A stretch of DNA of 63,761 bases, filler included, from Octopus bimaculoides (taxonomy: Eukaryota), in assembly GCF_001194135.2 (NCBI RefSeq). It is 9 parts of 7 records of this genome, joined end to end, with 100 filler letters (N's around TTAATTAATTAA, not from the genome) between each part and the next. Parts side by side here need not be neighbours in the genome. Positions count along the whole stretch, not along the records: positions 24,016 to 25,802 come from NW_026358492.1; positions 25,903 to 35,766 come from NC_068994.1; positions 35,867 to 39,260 come from NW_026313855.1; 6 more parts are not named here. One strand, 5' to 3'. How positions within the stretch are numbered: position 1 is the first letter of the stretch; every line of letters starts with the position of its first letter. Under the pieces are notes generated by a model. The model saw only the letters and a list, made by a program, of their open reading frames with translations, made no database searches and was not told where the DNA came from. Made by a program: the position numbers and the translations under genes. Below are positions 24,826 to 37,455 of this stretch, one piece after another.

Positions 24826-25558
24826 NNNNNNNNNNNNNNNNNNNNNNNNNNNNNNNNNNNNNNNNNNNNNNNNNNNNNNNNNNNNNNNNNNNNNNNNNNN
24901 NNNNNNNNNNNNNNNNNNNNNNNNNNNNNNNNNNNNNNNNNNNNNNNNNNNNNNNNNNNNNNNNNNNNNNNNNNNNNNNNNNNNNNNNNNNNNNNNNNNN
25001 NNNNNNNNNNNNNNNNNNNNNNNNNNNNNNNNNNNNNNNNNNNNNNNNNNNNNNNNNNNNNNNNNNNNNNNNNNNNNNNNNNNNNNNNNNNNNNNNNNNN
25101 NNNNNNNNNNNNNNNNNNNNNNNNNNNNNNNNNNNNNNNNNNNNNNNNNNNNNNNNNNNNNNNNNNNNNNNNNNNNNNNNNNNNNNNNNNNNNNNNNNNN
25201 NNNNNNNNNNNNNNNNNNNNNNNNNNNNNNNNNNNNNNNNNNNNNNNNNNNNNNNNNNNNNNNNNNNNNNNNNNNNNNNNNNNNNNNNNNNNNNNNNNNN
25301 NNNNNNNNNNNNNNNNNNNNNNNNNNNNNNNNNNNNNNNNNNNNNNNNNNNNNNNNNNNNNNNNNNNNNNNNNNNNNNNNNNNNNNNNNNNNNNNNNNNN
25401 NNNNNNNNNNNNNNNNNNNNNNNNNNNNNNNNNNNNNNNNNNNNNNNNNNNNNNNNNNNNNNNNNNNNNNNNNNNNNNNNNNNNNNNNNNNNNNNNNNNN
25501 NNNNNNNNNNNNNNNNNNNNNNNNNNNNNNNNNNNNNNNNNNNNNNNNNNNNNNNNNN

Positions 25559-25595
<37 letters not shown>

Positions 25596-26019
25596 TAGTA
25601 AGTAAATGTGTTTTAAAAAAGATTTTCAAAAACCTCACAGTTTGTAGGGAAAAGTAAATGTGTTTTAAGAAAGATTTTAAAATGACAGGTATTAGTATGT
25701 ATATGTGTATTTGTATGTATGTGTGTACTTGTATGTATGTATATATGTATTAGTGTGTATTCTGTGTATATATATATATGGTACTCCTGATAAATAAAGG
25801 AANNNNNNNNNNNNNNNNNNNNNNNNNNNNNNNNNNNNNNNNNNNNTTAATTAATTAANNNNNNNNNNNNNNNNNNNNNNNNNNNNNNNNNNNNNNNNNN
25901 NNCCCAGAGAGGATGAAAGGCAAAATCAAACCTCGGCGGCATTTGAACTCAAAACATAAAGACGAACGAAATACTGCTAAGCATTTTGCCCGGCACAGTA
26001 ACTATTTTAAAACTGACGT

Positions 26020-26243
26020 GTATCCTTTTCTACTCTAGGCACGCGGCCCGAAATTTTTTGGGGGAGGAGGGGGGGCATTCGATTAGATCGACCTCAGTAC
26101 GCAACTGGTACTTAATTTATCGACTACGAAAGGATGAAATGCAAAGTCGACCTCGGCGGAATTTGAACTCAGAACGTAAAGACAGACAAGATACCGCTAA
26201 GCATTTCGTCCGGCGTGCTAACGTTTCTGCCAGCTCACCACCT
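26020..26243 (-). mobile_element. tRNA-derived SINE family B (plus partial copy at 25905-26000)
   Basis: Reverse strand GGTGGTGAGCTGGCAGAAACGTTAGCACGCCGG...TGAGTTCAAATTCCGCCGAGGTCGACTTTGC.TTTCATCCTTTCG; matches 47288 and 51401. Confidence 0.85.
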
Positions 26244-26469
26244 TTGTTACTGACGTATGTTAACAGTCACCAGGTTAACAGTTTAGGCAAGCAACCAGCA
26301 GTAACCTTCGATTTATAGTCCTATTAGCAGGTAATTAGGTAATCTAATTACAATCCTGATAAATATAATTTCCTATTAAAACTTTGAATTTCCCACTCCT
26401 GCCCGAAAACCATTTGGCACTCACCAATCTCTCAAAGACATATTTTTACTTGTTTTATTAATTTGAATA

Positions 26470-26648
26470 CGACCATGCTGGGGCACTACTTTAAAGGGTT
26501 TCATTGAACAAATCGACTCCAGTACTTATTTTATTTTAAGTTTGGTACTCACGCTTTTTTGTGGGGACGTAAACAAAGGAACATCGGTTGTCAAGTGGTG
26601 TTGGGGGACAAGCACAGTACTAAGGCGCGTACGAGCGTACACACACAC

Positions 26649-26700
<52 letters not shown>
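26470..26700 (-). mobile_element. SINE family A 3' part
   Basis: CCATGCTGGGGCAC...GGGGACGTAAAC...CATCGGTTGTCAAG matches the reverse complement of the family A tail. Confidence 0.75.
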
Positions 26701-26701
<1 letters not shown>

Positions 26702-26778
26702 GACGTACACACATCTTCTAGTCTCTATCATTTCTTATGGGGGTTGGGGGTGGAGGCTAACAACATTATAATTGTTGG

Positions 26779-27183
26779 CACTCCGTCGCTTACGACGTCG
26801 AGGGTTCCAGTTGATCCGNNNNNNNNNNNNNNNNNNNNNNNNNNNNNNNNNNNNNNNNNNNNNNNNNNNNNNNNNNNNNNNNNNNNNNNNNNNNNNNNNN
26901 NNNNNNNNNNNNNNNNNNNNNNNNNNNNNNNNNNNNNNNNNNNNNNNNNNNNNNNNNNNNNNNNNNNNNNNNNNNNNNNNNNNNNNNNNNNNNNNNNNNN
27001 NNNNNNNNNNNNNNNNNNNNNNNNNNNNNNNNNNNNNNNNNNNNNNNNNNNNNNNNNNNNNNNNNNNNNNNNNNNNNNNNNNNNNNNNNNNNNNNNNNNN
27101 NNNNNNNNNNNNNNNNNNNNNNNNNNNTAGGTGTTTTCGCTCAATAAACACTCTGCCCTAACCACTGGGCCATTGCGCCTCCA
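26779..27183 (-). mobile_element. SINE family C copy spanning a gap
   Basis: Head at 27128-27183 matches 24016-24184; the GC-rich segment at 26779-26818 is the presumed tail. Confidence 0.6.
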
Positions 27184-28253
27184 CGTACAACATTATTAAT
27201 ACTGGAGAAAATGATCACCAAACAAAACAAATACAAACCCAACATTCAGAAAAATGAAACAAAGCCGTTCATTCTAAGGGAGAGAACTCTGCCAGAATGC
27301 AAATTCTCAGCCGCGCTAATTATTGGGTTGGCAACTAAGTTCCCGCCGTTTTTTTAAATTTAAAGTTTTTAAAAGGTTTAATAAAATATAACAACTAATT
27401 AATCAATAATGTATTCACCTTTGTTGTTTACAACTTCTTCCCAACGTCCTCTTAACCAAGTGGTTCGGCCTAAGAGACCAATACAATAAGAATCAGGTTT
27501 TTCAGTAAATAATGAGATCTTCAAAGCAGTGCCCCAGCGTGACCGCAGTCAAATGTATGAAACAAGTAAAAGAAATCGAACCAGCATAAAGGTTGACATG
27601 GGAGATAACTTATACATGTTTTATGATAAATGAGCAATGATAGTCAAAAACAAAAGGTAAATTTTGTTAACTATGTTCAGATAAAAGGCCTCAGTTTTGC
27701 GAGTTTTGTGATTGAGGTTATAAAACTTGGTCAAAAAACTAATTTAAAAACTTGTACGAAATGGAAAAAGTATAATTTTCATATCAGAAGATCGTTGAGA
27801 AATGAGTGGAGTATACTTCAGTTTCAATGAGAAGAAAGTAAATTAAACACGAACGAAGCAAAGTAATAAAAATCAGAATGGACGTCCAGAAGATATTAGT
27901 TCTATATTTAAAAAGAAATCTTCAAAAATTAAAGCAATGAAATACATTAATGTAGGGCATTACGCGCTGGAAATTAGGGCAATGCAAATGAATGTCGAAT
28001 GTGAAGGAGAGTGGATGTGTAATGGGAAATGACTGGAAAAGAAATCAAGAGATTTAAGAGATTGTGTAGAAAAATATGTAAAAAGTCTAGAAATATACGC
28101 ATAAAATTACTTATGCATGCATATACAAACAAATATATGTACAACTTCACTTGAATATAACCATATATCGATATATAATTGCAAAAAATAAACGTGTGTG
28201 TGTGTGTGTGTGTGTGCGCGTGTGTGTGCGCGTGTGTGCGTGCGCGTGTGTGA

Positions 28254-28256
28254 ATG

Positions 28257-28305
<49 letters not shown>

Positions 28306-28319
28306 GTCTGTCTGTCTAC

Positions 28320-28377
<58 letters not shown>

Positions 28378-28450
28378 GTCTATCTATCTATCTATCTATC
28401 TATCTGTCTGTTTGTCTGTCTGTCTGTCTCACATACATACATACATACAT
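28254..28450. repeat. (TATC)n/(TGTC)n/(CATA)n tetranucleotide tract
   Basis: Direct inspection. Confidence 0.95.
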
Positions 28451-28924
28451 ACGAATATATATATATATATATGAGTTTGTGTTTGTGTGCTGTAAATGAA
28501 TGTTTTATATAAAATCGACAAAAAATAAAAACAAAGACAGATTGCAGACTACGATAACAAGTATTCATCAATGGAAACCAGTTACAAAAACCGCACCAAA
28601 AGCCTTCAAATGACGTTCAAACTTTGACGTGTCTCAGTTTCATAGGATCAGATTACTTAAAGAACTTTCAAATTTGAACGTAACGACTTTCCATCAAATG
28701 ATGAGGTAGCAGGGTAAAGGTGGGTTGTAGCCATCACTTACAATTGCACTACATACATGCATACATACATACATACATGCATACATACATACATACATAC
28801 ATACATACATACATACATTCATACATACATACATATCCTGTTGATGTTGAAATTCCAAAGGAGGAGCCTTGGATGTAGGTTAGAAACCGGCTCTTTCTCT
28901 TTTGGCATACATACACTATTATTC

Positions 28925-29505
28925 ACTAGCGGGACCCGTATATATTTCACGGAATTTATGGTAAACATATTGGGCAATTTCTGAAAACTTTATCTAAAAA
29001 ACCTGAAAGAATAATCTACGTTATGTCTGTATGGAATGAAAGTTGCTCATCTGCAATTCATTGAAAAGTGAAGGAAATTAGAATACCATAATTACTTAAT
29101 GCACTTCATATATATACACTTCATATACTTTATAATTACTTTATATATACACTATATATACACTTTGTCTACTTTATGCACAATTTTATAGACATAATAC
29201 ACAACACTCTCTCTTTCTCTCTCATTCTTCGACTTACCCACTCTTCTCTGTGCTTTTTCTTTCGTTCGTCGCCTTTCCTTTCAATTAATTACGTGAAAGC
29301 GTTACAATCGGGCTAAGTAACGGAGAATAAATTGAATTTTAAAAAGTCACGCATTTCACTCACCACAACCCCACTCCTTCACACCACTCCCCCTCTCTCC
29401 GACAATTAATCACATGGAAGTGTTACGGATGGGCTAAGTAACGGAGAATCAAGCAGAATTATTAAAAGTTTCATTATGCTCTTACGGACTGTACATCTAA
29501 TTTAT
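28925..29505 (-). mobile_element. Probable non-autonomous Helitron remnant with an internal ~45-bp direct repeat
   Basis: ACTAGCGGGGACCCG end (CTAG terminus on the minus strand); repeat AATTAAT.AC.TG.AAG.GTTAC...GGGCTAAGTAACGGAGAAT at ~29283 and ~29404. Confidence 0.4.
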
Positions 29506-29680
29506 ACAAGCAAATTTTGAGTTCAGATTTCAACCCAGTCCACTTTGCATTTCATCCTTTCGGGGTTCGATGAAATAACTACTAATAACGTAATGAGATC
29601 GCTACAATCAGCCTGGCCCCATCTCCCTTTAAATTTCAAACCTTGCGCTAAAATATGAATTCAATACTTGTGAATTAGTG

Positions 29681-30559
29681 CTTGTGGACAGTTGATCGAA
29701 TTTGAGCTAGTGGACAAATTCGATCAACTGTCCAGCTGCGCAAATTCGATCAACTGTCCGCTAGCGCAAATTCTATCAAATGTGCACGAGCGCATATTCG
29801 AGCAACTTTCCACAAGCTCAAATTCAATCAACTCTCCACCATTCAAAATTTGATCAACTCTCCTCTAGCTCAAAATCGATCAACTGAAAACTAGCTCAAA
29901 TTCGATTATATGTCCACAAATGCAAGTACGATCAACTCTCCACAAGCGGAAATCCTATCAACTGTCCACTGTCACATATTCTATCACCTGTCCATAAGCG
30001 CAAATTCGATCTACTGTCCACAAGCGCAATGTCTAGTGGTGTAAATTTGATCAACTGTCCACTGACGCAGATTTGATAAACTGGCCACAAGCGCAAATTG
30101 AATGGACTGTCCAATGGTGCAAATTTGATTTAAAGTCCACTAGCGCAAATTCGATAAACTCTCCAATAGTGCAAATTCAAACAATAGTCCTCTAGCACAA
30201 ATTCGATCAACCGTCCAATAGTACAAATTCGATCAACTGTCCACTAGCGCAAATTCGATCAAATGACCACTAGCGCAAATTCGATCAAGTGTCCACTATC
30301 GCAAATTTCATTAAGTTTCCACTAGCGCACATTCCATCAACTGTCCACTAGCACAAATTCGATCAACTGTCCACTACTGCAAATTCGATCAACTGTCCAC
30401 TAGCGCAAATTCGATCAACTGACCGCTAGTGTAAATTCGATCAACTGCCCAATAGTAAAAGTTCGATCAACTGTCCGCTAGTGCAAATTCGATCAACTGT
30501 CCACAATTTCAAATTCGATCAACTGTCCACTAGCGCAAATTTGATTAACTGTCCGCTAG
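29681..30559. repeat. 26-bp minisatellite, consensus CAAATTCGATCAACTGTCCACTAGCG, about 32 copies, first unit inverted
   Basis: Period read directly; inverted unit at 29681-29714. Confidence 0.92.
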
Positions 30560-30753
30560 ATTCCTACCTCCCCTTCCTCCCCTTTCGCTCTCAAATCCCC
30601 CTCTCTGGAATGTTGAAGATTCCTTCCTCCTCTTCCCCTCTCAAATCCCCCTCTCTGGAATGTTGAAGATTACACATATGTACATATATAAGTTGGCCAC
30701 ATGTATATACAGGGTGTCCACAAAGTCTGACTACACATATATACACATATATA

Positions 30754-30901
30754 CAGGGTGTCCACAATGTCTGGGTACGTGGTGATTAACACATACGTTA
30801 AGTAATTATTATTATATTTAGTTGTTTATGTTATTAAACAATCGTTATTTAATTGTTATGATTTTATTTACTCCATATACCCAGACCTTGTGGACACCCT
30901 G
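30754..30901. mobile_element. Tc1/mariner-type MITE (148 bp)
   Basis: TIRs CAGGGTGTCCACAATGTCTGGGTA / TACCCAGACCTTGTGGACACCCTG with TA on both sides; an orphan extra TIR lies at 30710-30729. Confidence 0.85.
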
Positions 30902-30922
30902 TATATATGTACACACTCCCCC

Positions 30923-30979
<57 letters not shown>

Positions 30980-31879
30980 CACACATATGTATAAATCATG
31001 TTGTTAATGTTTAAGATGTATAAATGTCACATCACAATTTTAAAATCTTATCTTGTTGGAACATCATGCAAATGTGCAGGAAATGAGTGTCGTTGTTATG
31101 TTTATCCCCCCCCTCTCCTACCCCTCTCCTCCAAAACACCATCCTCTACCTCCCTCTTGCCCTACTTACTCCATTATCTCCTCTCTCCCATCCAACAACC
31201 TCCCCCGTTCATGATGTCAATAATGAATAACCTTATCATGTTTTGATGTTTTCCTAATAATCTTCTGAAAATATATATTTCTTTGATCGATGTGTTGTTG
31301 TTGTTATTTTAGATGTTCTTGTTATTTATTCATGTCCGATCCAGTTTTGATTTATATTTTTCTTATTAAATTATTTACGTCCTTTTTTTTTTTTTAATAT
31401 TGTTGTTGTTGCTGCTGTTGTTGTTTCATTTGTTGTTATTGTTGTTGTTGTCTTGTTTGTGTATTGCTGTCGTTTCATTAATGATGTGCAGACATGTTGG
31501 TAAATATTTATCGTAGAAACTTTGTCAACATCTAGTAATGATGTTGTAGGGTGGCTGACGAGATCAAACCCAGCAGGATGTTTGTTCGTTACAGTAATGA
31601 AATGATTGTAAATGTCTGATTCTGACGTACTGTTTGACAAACTGTCATACAAACAGGCTCTCATACTGTCGTACTATAATAATGTCATACTATCGGAAGT
31701 CATACTGATGTATTAAGAGAGTGTCACATACTGTCATACTGACAGACGGCCCTACAAACGGACTGTTATACAGACAGAGTGTCATACTGTCGCATGTGTC
31801 AGACTGTCAGACTGTCAGACTGTCATAACAGCGTAGTATCTTATTGTCATATTGACGTACTGACATACTGTCGTACCGA

Positions 31880-32190
31880 ATTTGAACTCAGAACGTAACG
31901 GCAGACAAAATACCGCTAAGCATTTCGCCCGGCGTCCTAACATTTCTGCCAGCTCGCCACCTTACGTGCTGTCATATTGTCATAGTGACTCACTGTCTGA
32001 ACTGACAGTTTGGCACAAGCTAGCATTTTTAGTGGGCAGGTTTAGTCAATACCATCGATTGTGTACTTGACTGGTACTTTATTTCATCAACTCCGAGAGT
32101 ATGAACGACAAAGTTGACCTTGGCAGTGTTTGAACACCGAACGTAAAGAGATGGTGGAAATACTGACGCGCTTGCGATTCTGCCAGCTTG
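31880..32190 (-). mobile_element. Two SINE family B fragments (31880-31962, 32060-32190)
   Basis: AATTTGAACTCAGAACGTAA...CTGCCAGCTCGCCACCTT matches the family B head. Confidence 0.75.
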
Positions 32191-32520
32191 ATGCACTCGA
32201 CGAACTACAATATTGTCATACTGATATACAGAAGTTCTATGATACGGACATACTGTCATAATAACATACCTTCAGACCGATGTACTCTCACGTGCGCACA
32301 CACAAACGCAAATATTTAAGAGCCATCTTATACAGTTTGCACAAGGTTTATAAATTATTGTTGAGTATGATTAGGCGTAGGCGTGGCTGTGTGGTAAGAA
32401 GATTGCTTCCGTTTCCGGTTGCCACTTGTCCTACTGCAGTTGAGCTGTGTGGACGTGAGTCTTTCGACTCCGTCCAAGAAGGAAAAACAAAAAGAAAATT
32501 TGAAAATTCGCACTGAAGGT

Positions 32521-33076
32521 TGTTACCACGCTAGTGGCGAATTAAGAAGCTCAGCTGCAAGGTAAGACTGTTTGTATTCTGGTTCCAGTGGGGGCTTGTT
32601 GTTTGTTGTATTGAATTTTTTACGAGCAAGGGGTCCCTACTGGATGGTATGCATTGGTCTGCCTGCAGTTGAGCAATTGGTTCACTTTTTCTTGTGAACA
32701 ATTGTTCTCATTGTGAGAAATATTGTTTTGAGGGCGTATCCCACCTCAAAAAAAAAAAAGTTAAATTTTTATTCGCTTTATGAAAGCAATTTATTCAGAG
32801 AGAATTGTGCCAGTCGCTGTGTTCCGGGTTCAATTGCGGGCCTGGAGTACTTAGTGGCCGAAAATTGTTTTTTTCTGTGAACTGCTTTACGTCGGTTGAA
32901 ACACTGAATTTTGTTGCCACGCTAGTCTGTAGCGTGGCGAATTAAGAAGCTCAACTGCAAGGTAAGACTGTTTGTATTCTGGTTCCAGTAGGGACTTGTT
33001 GTTTGTTGTATTAAATCTTTTTACGAGCAAGGGGTCCCTACTGGATGGTATACTTTGGTCTGCCTGCAGTTGAGTA
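32521..33076. repeat. Imperfect direct repeat, ~160-bp units at 32521-32680 and 32912-33076
   Basis: GGCGAATTAAGAAGCTCA.CTGCAAGGTAAGACTGTTTGTATTCTGGTTCCAGT...TTACGAGCAAGGGGTCCCTACTGGATGGTAT...CTGCCTGCAGTTGAG present twice. Confidence 0.9.
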
Positions 33077-34059
33077 AAAAGTACTTTCCAACGTGACATT
33101 CCCAACAAAAGCTAGATTCGTTTATAAAACTGTTTTCTGCAGCTAAGGATAATACAATTCTGAGTGGCTATATCTGATTTTTGCAGTAAAAGGTTTAAGA
33201 CTAACCTTAAAATATACACTATAATTTCACATTTAAGATCAGTCGTAAAATACACATTTCAAATTTACAATGAAGGCGAATTTTAAATCACGCTACAAAT
33301 TCACAAACCTTAAAACTTTCAAACCAACACATTACAAATTGAGGTTTAAGACGAAACTTAAAATTACACATTGCAAACAAACGTTTACGATTTTTAAGTA
33401 CAAATTACAAATTTCTATTTCAAGCTATCCACAAAATACACATTACAAATTCCCATTTAAGATTAATCCTAAAATAGTCATTACAAACTTTCATTTAAGA
33501 ATATCAAAATAAAGAATTTACATCGAAGAAAAAAAACAGACCATTTATTTCAGTAGATTTATGTTAAAAGTAATTTTATTTTTATTTTATTGAAAATATT
33601 AAATTCAGTTCACAGCTGCATATACAGTTCTAAAACAAGATTATTAAAAAATAGAGTTCCTGCGTTTATATCATTCCTAAACTCTTATTTAAAGGAAGGA
33701 GCCATTGTATGATTCTATTTGCTAATGAATATTGGTTTCTGGATCAATGCAATACATTTTAGGAAGAAGACTACGAAAACTGCACTGTACTCAAATGTTT
33801 TCGTTATTAGAAAACAAAACAAAACCAAACGAAAAAAAACAACAACAACAATACCCTTCAAAACAAACATGGGTAGCATTGTATTTGAAGTGAAATTGAT
33901 TCAGATAGGAAAGCAAATTAAATCATTGGTTAGGTTTACCGAAAGAATACCACAAAGTATCTGCATAACAAAATCATCGATCTCAAAATGTAACCAATCT
34001 CCAGTCAACACGCTATTTATACAAATCCCTATCCACTCTTATCAAATACGTTATCTAGT

Positions 34060-34860
34060 GTACATCAACATTACCTGGGCCACTCCAATATTATCTGACA
34101 CGCAGACACACTATTTACCGCACACTAACTTTATCTACCATACTCACATACATTGTCTAGGGCATACCGACACTGCTTAGCTCACACATCAATATCAAGT
34201 AGTACATAGCAACATTATCTAGCACGCAACATTACTTACCGTATACCAATATTATCAAGCGCGTACCAATATCATCAAGTACACGCCAACTTTATCTAGC
34301 ACATACCAAGATTATCTACCGAACATTATTATCTAACACACATCAATACTACCTACAACACATCAGCACTGTCTAGGGCACACCTACATTATCTAGTGCG
34401 AACCAATATTATCTCGCCAAGACCAACATTATCTACCACACGCCACAATTACCAATAGTACACCTAGCGCACACAAATATTATCCGCATATATCAACATT
34501 ATCTGACATACATTAACATTACCTAGCGCGTACCAACAGACCAACTTTATCTAGTGCATATCAAAATTATCTTGAGTACATCGACATTATCTAGTGAACA
34601 CCAAGATTATCTTGCACAGAGTAACAGTATCAAGTACACATCACCATTAATTACCGCACACTAGCATTATTAACCGTACACCAACATTATCTAGCACACA
34701 CCAGTATTATCTAACGCACACCAAGATTATCAACCGCGCATCAACATTATCAACTACACATCAACATTATCAAACGAAACCAACATTATTTTGTGCAAAC
34801 CAATATTATCTTGCGCAGACCAGCATTATCGCACATCACACTTATCAACGGTACACCAAG
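34060..34860. repeat. Degenerate 20-bp minisatellite, consensus about CAACATTATCTAGCACACAC, roughly 40 copies
   Basis: Recurrent CAA.ATTATC(T/A)A core at about 20-bp period. Confidence 0.85.
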
Positions 34861-35532
34861 AAAGAAATACAATTACTAGTACCAGACTTTTATTAAAAGA
34901 AAAAAAAAAAAAAAAANNNNNNNNNNNNNNNNNNNNNNNNNNNNNNNNNNNNNNNNNNNNNNNNNNNNNNNNNNNNNNNNNNNNNNNNNNNNNNNNNNNN
35001 NNNNNNNNNNNNNNNNNNNNNNNNNNNNNNNNNNNNNNNNNNNNNNNNNNNNNNNNNNNNNNNNNNNNNNNNNNNNNNNNNNNNNNNNNNNNNNNNNNNN
35101 NNNNNNNNNNNNNNNNNNNNNNNNNNNNNNNNNNNNNNNNNNNNNNNNNNNNNNNNNNNNNNNNNNNNNNNNNNNNNNNNNNNNNNNNNNNNNNNNNNNN
35201 NNNNNNNNNNNNNNNNNNNNNNNNNNNNNNNNNNNNNNNNNNNNNNNNNNNNNNNNNNNNNNNNNNNNNNNNNNNNNNNNNNNNNNNNNNNNNNNNNNNN
35301 NNNNNNNNNNNNNNNNNNNNNNNNNNNNNNNNNNNNNNNNNNNNNNNATATATATATATATATATAAAGAAATTGTGTCTAAATTCAGGTATATTGAAAA
35401 TGTATCAGTTTTGAATAAAAAATGAAAAACCATTATATAGAAATCGAATCGGATTTTGATTTTTTTAAAAACTAATATACATAGTGTGCATGTATGTATG
35501 TATGCATGTATGTATGTATGTTTGTACGTGTT

Positions 35533-35563
<31 letters not shown>

Positions 35564-35734
35564 AGTTGTGTTTGTATAAAGTATATAAATGTAAGGTAAA
35601 CATTACAAGCCTTTGAGTTTTGGAAACGTAAAATTTTTGGTTGCTGTAAAAAGTAAGCAAATAGTAAAACGTTGATTACTCACTCCCTCTCTCCTCTGAA
35701 TGTCTTCCTATCTCTCTGTATATGTATATGTTTG

Positions 35735-35766
<32 letters not shown>

Positions 35767-37423
35767 NNNNNNNNNNNNNNNNNNNNNNNNNNNNNNNNNN
35801 NNNNNNNNNNTTAATTAATTAANNNNNNNNNNNNNNNNNNNNNNNNNNNNNNNNNNNNNNNNNNNNGTTTGTGTGCGACTGCGTGTGTGTGTATGTGTGT
35901 ATGCGTGTGTGTATGTGTGTGTATGTGTGCATGCTTATGTGTATGTGTTTGCGTGTGTATATGTGTTTATATATCTCGATGAAATATTTTGAATTTTCTG
36001 ACATAAATTGTACATTACTCCGTATCTTTCTTGGAATCATTGTAGACAATAAATACACGCTTATTTTCACGTTTCTTACCTTGTTGACTGTTTAGATTTG
36101 TATTTATATATTTATTTATTGTTTTAATTTCCACATTATTTACATTACCTCTGCTTCTATTTGCTTTACATTAATATTAGCTATGTTGTAGCATCATACG
36201 AAATAGGAAGCAGTATATGTATTTATTTCTATTGACGATCTTCGTCGCAGTCAACCACCGAGGAAGCATTTCGCGATAACCCTGCATTTCCGTTATATAT
36301 AATAAGTTCGATGTAATATTCTCCGTTGTATTTTTATTATTTCTAAGTACCAATCCCATTTTTGTAAAGGTGGTTGATGAAGTTATAACAATGATCGTTT
36401 TAAAATTTATATAATTAGCCATAAAACTAATATGTTATTGGGATATATACAAATTTACTATTTATGGGCAGCCACCATCATTTAGCCTATTTGATTTGCC
36501 TTTCTTTTATACTTCCATTTTTTATTTTCATTTTTACTTTTCGTTGGTGTCCCCTTATGTCTTCTTTCATTTCCAATTATTACAGAACCGAGGCATTTTA
36601 ATCAATAAATAAATAAGTAAAGCTTGACTTTATTAACCATGTCATTCCTAAAGTCCTAATCGATATAATACAATATAACACAGTTATTTTTCGTTTCTGC
36701 TTTTAGGGCAACTTCGACAGTTGTCTTAGAACATGTGTGATGAGGTCAAATACCATTCTTGGCGCTTGCTATCTTCTAGTATGCAAGCATGCTTTATCAG
36801 AATCAACATTAGCAATATCTAATTTTAACAACATCTTTAGAATAGAAGTACCTTTAAATAATCTTTCAATACAAATTCATTCTGCCATCCAGGCTCATTA
36901 CTGATAAATTGCAGTCCAGTACACTTTAGATTTCTTAAATGTCGGTAATACGCATTAGAAATATCACTAGTTGATCATCTTTTGATTAATCAGCATGTCA
37001 GGCCTCGCATTTTCTTTTTGGTAAACCCGATGAGTTGAGAGCTGCGTAACATATTCCATAATCTGATGGATGTCTTGCATTCTGCATACTTGACTCTACA
37101 CTGTTCAACATCAAAATAAAGATCAGGACAAAACAGGTGTAGCTTTAGGGTCCATTTATGTTGGATTCATTTTTCTAATATTGGAGTTGTGGATTACGAA
37201 GCAAAAATGAACTTCCATTCATGAATGCATGCTCTTCTATGAAAATTCTGGTTTTTCACTTTGATGTACCTCAATTCTATATGCATCCCCTCTAATCAAA
37301 TACAAACATATGTTCTTGTGTATACATATATGTGTGTGTGTTTCCACCCCGCGGAGTGGGAAGAAGAGAGAAGTGCAATTCATTTGGACCAAGATTGAAT
37401 TCTGGTTCTCTGTAAACGTGTGA

Positions 37424-37455
<32 letters not shown>

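Noticed and set aside
29715-30559. CRISPR-like regular repeat
   Set aside because: Contiguous units without unique spacers, no cas genes, eukaryotic context.
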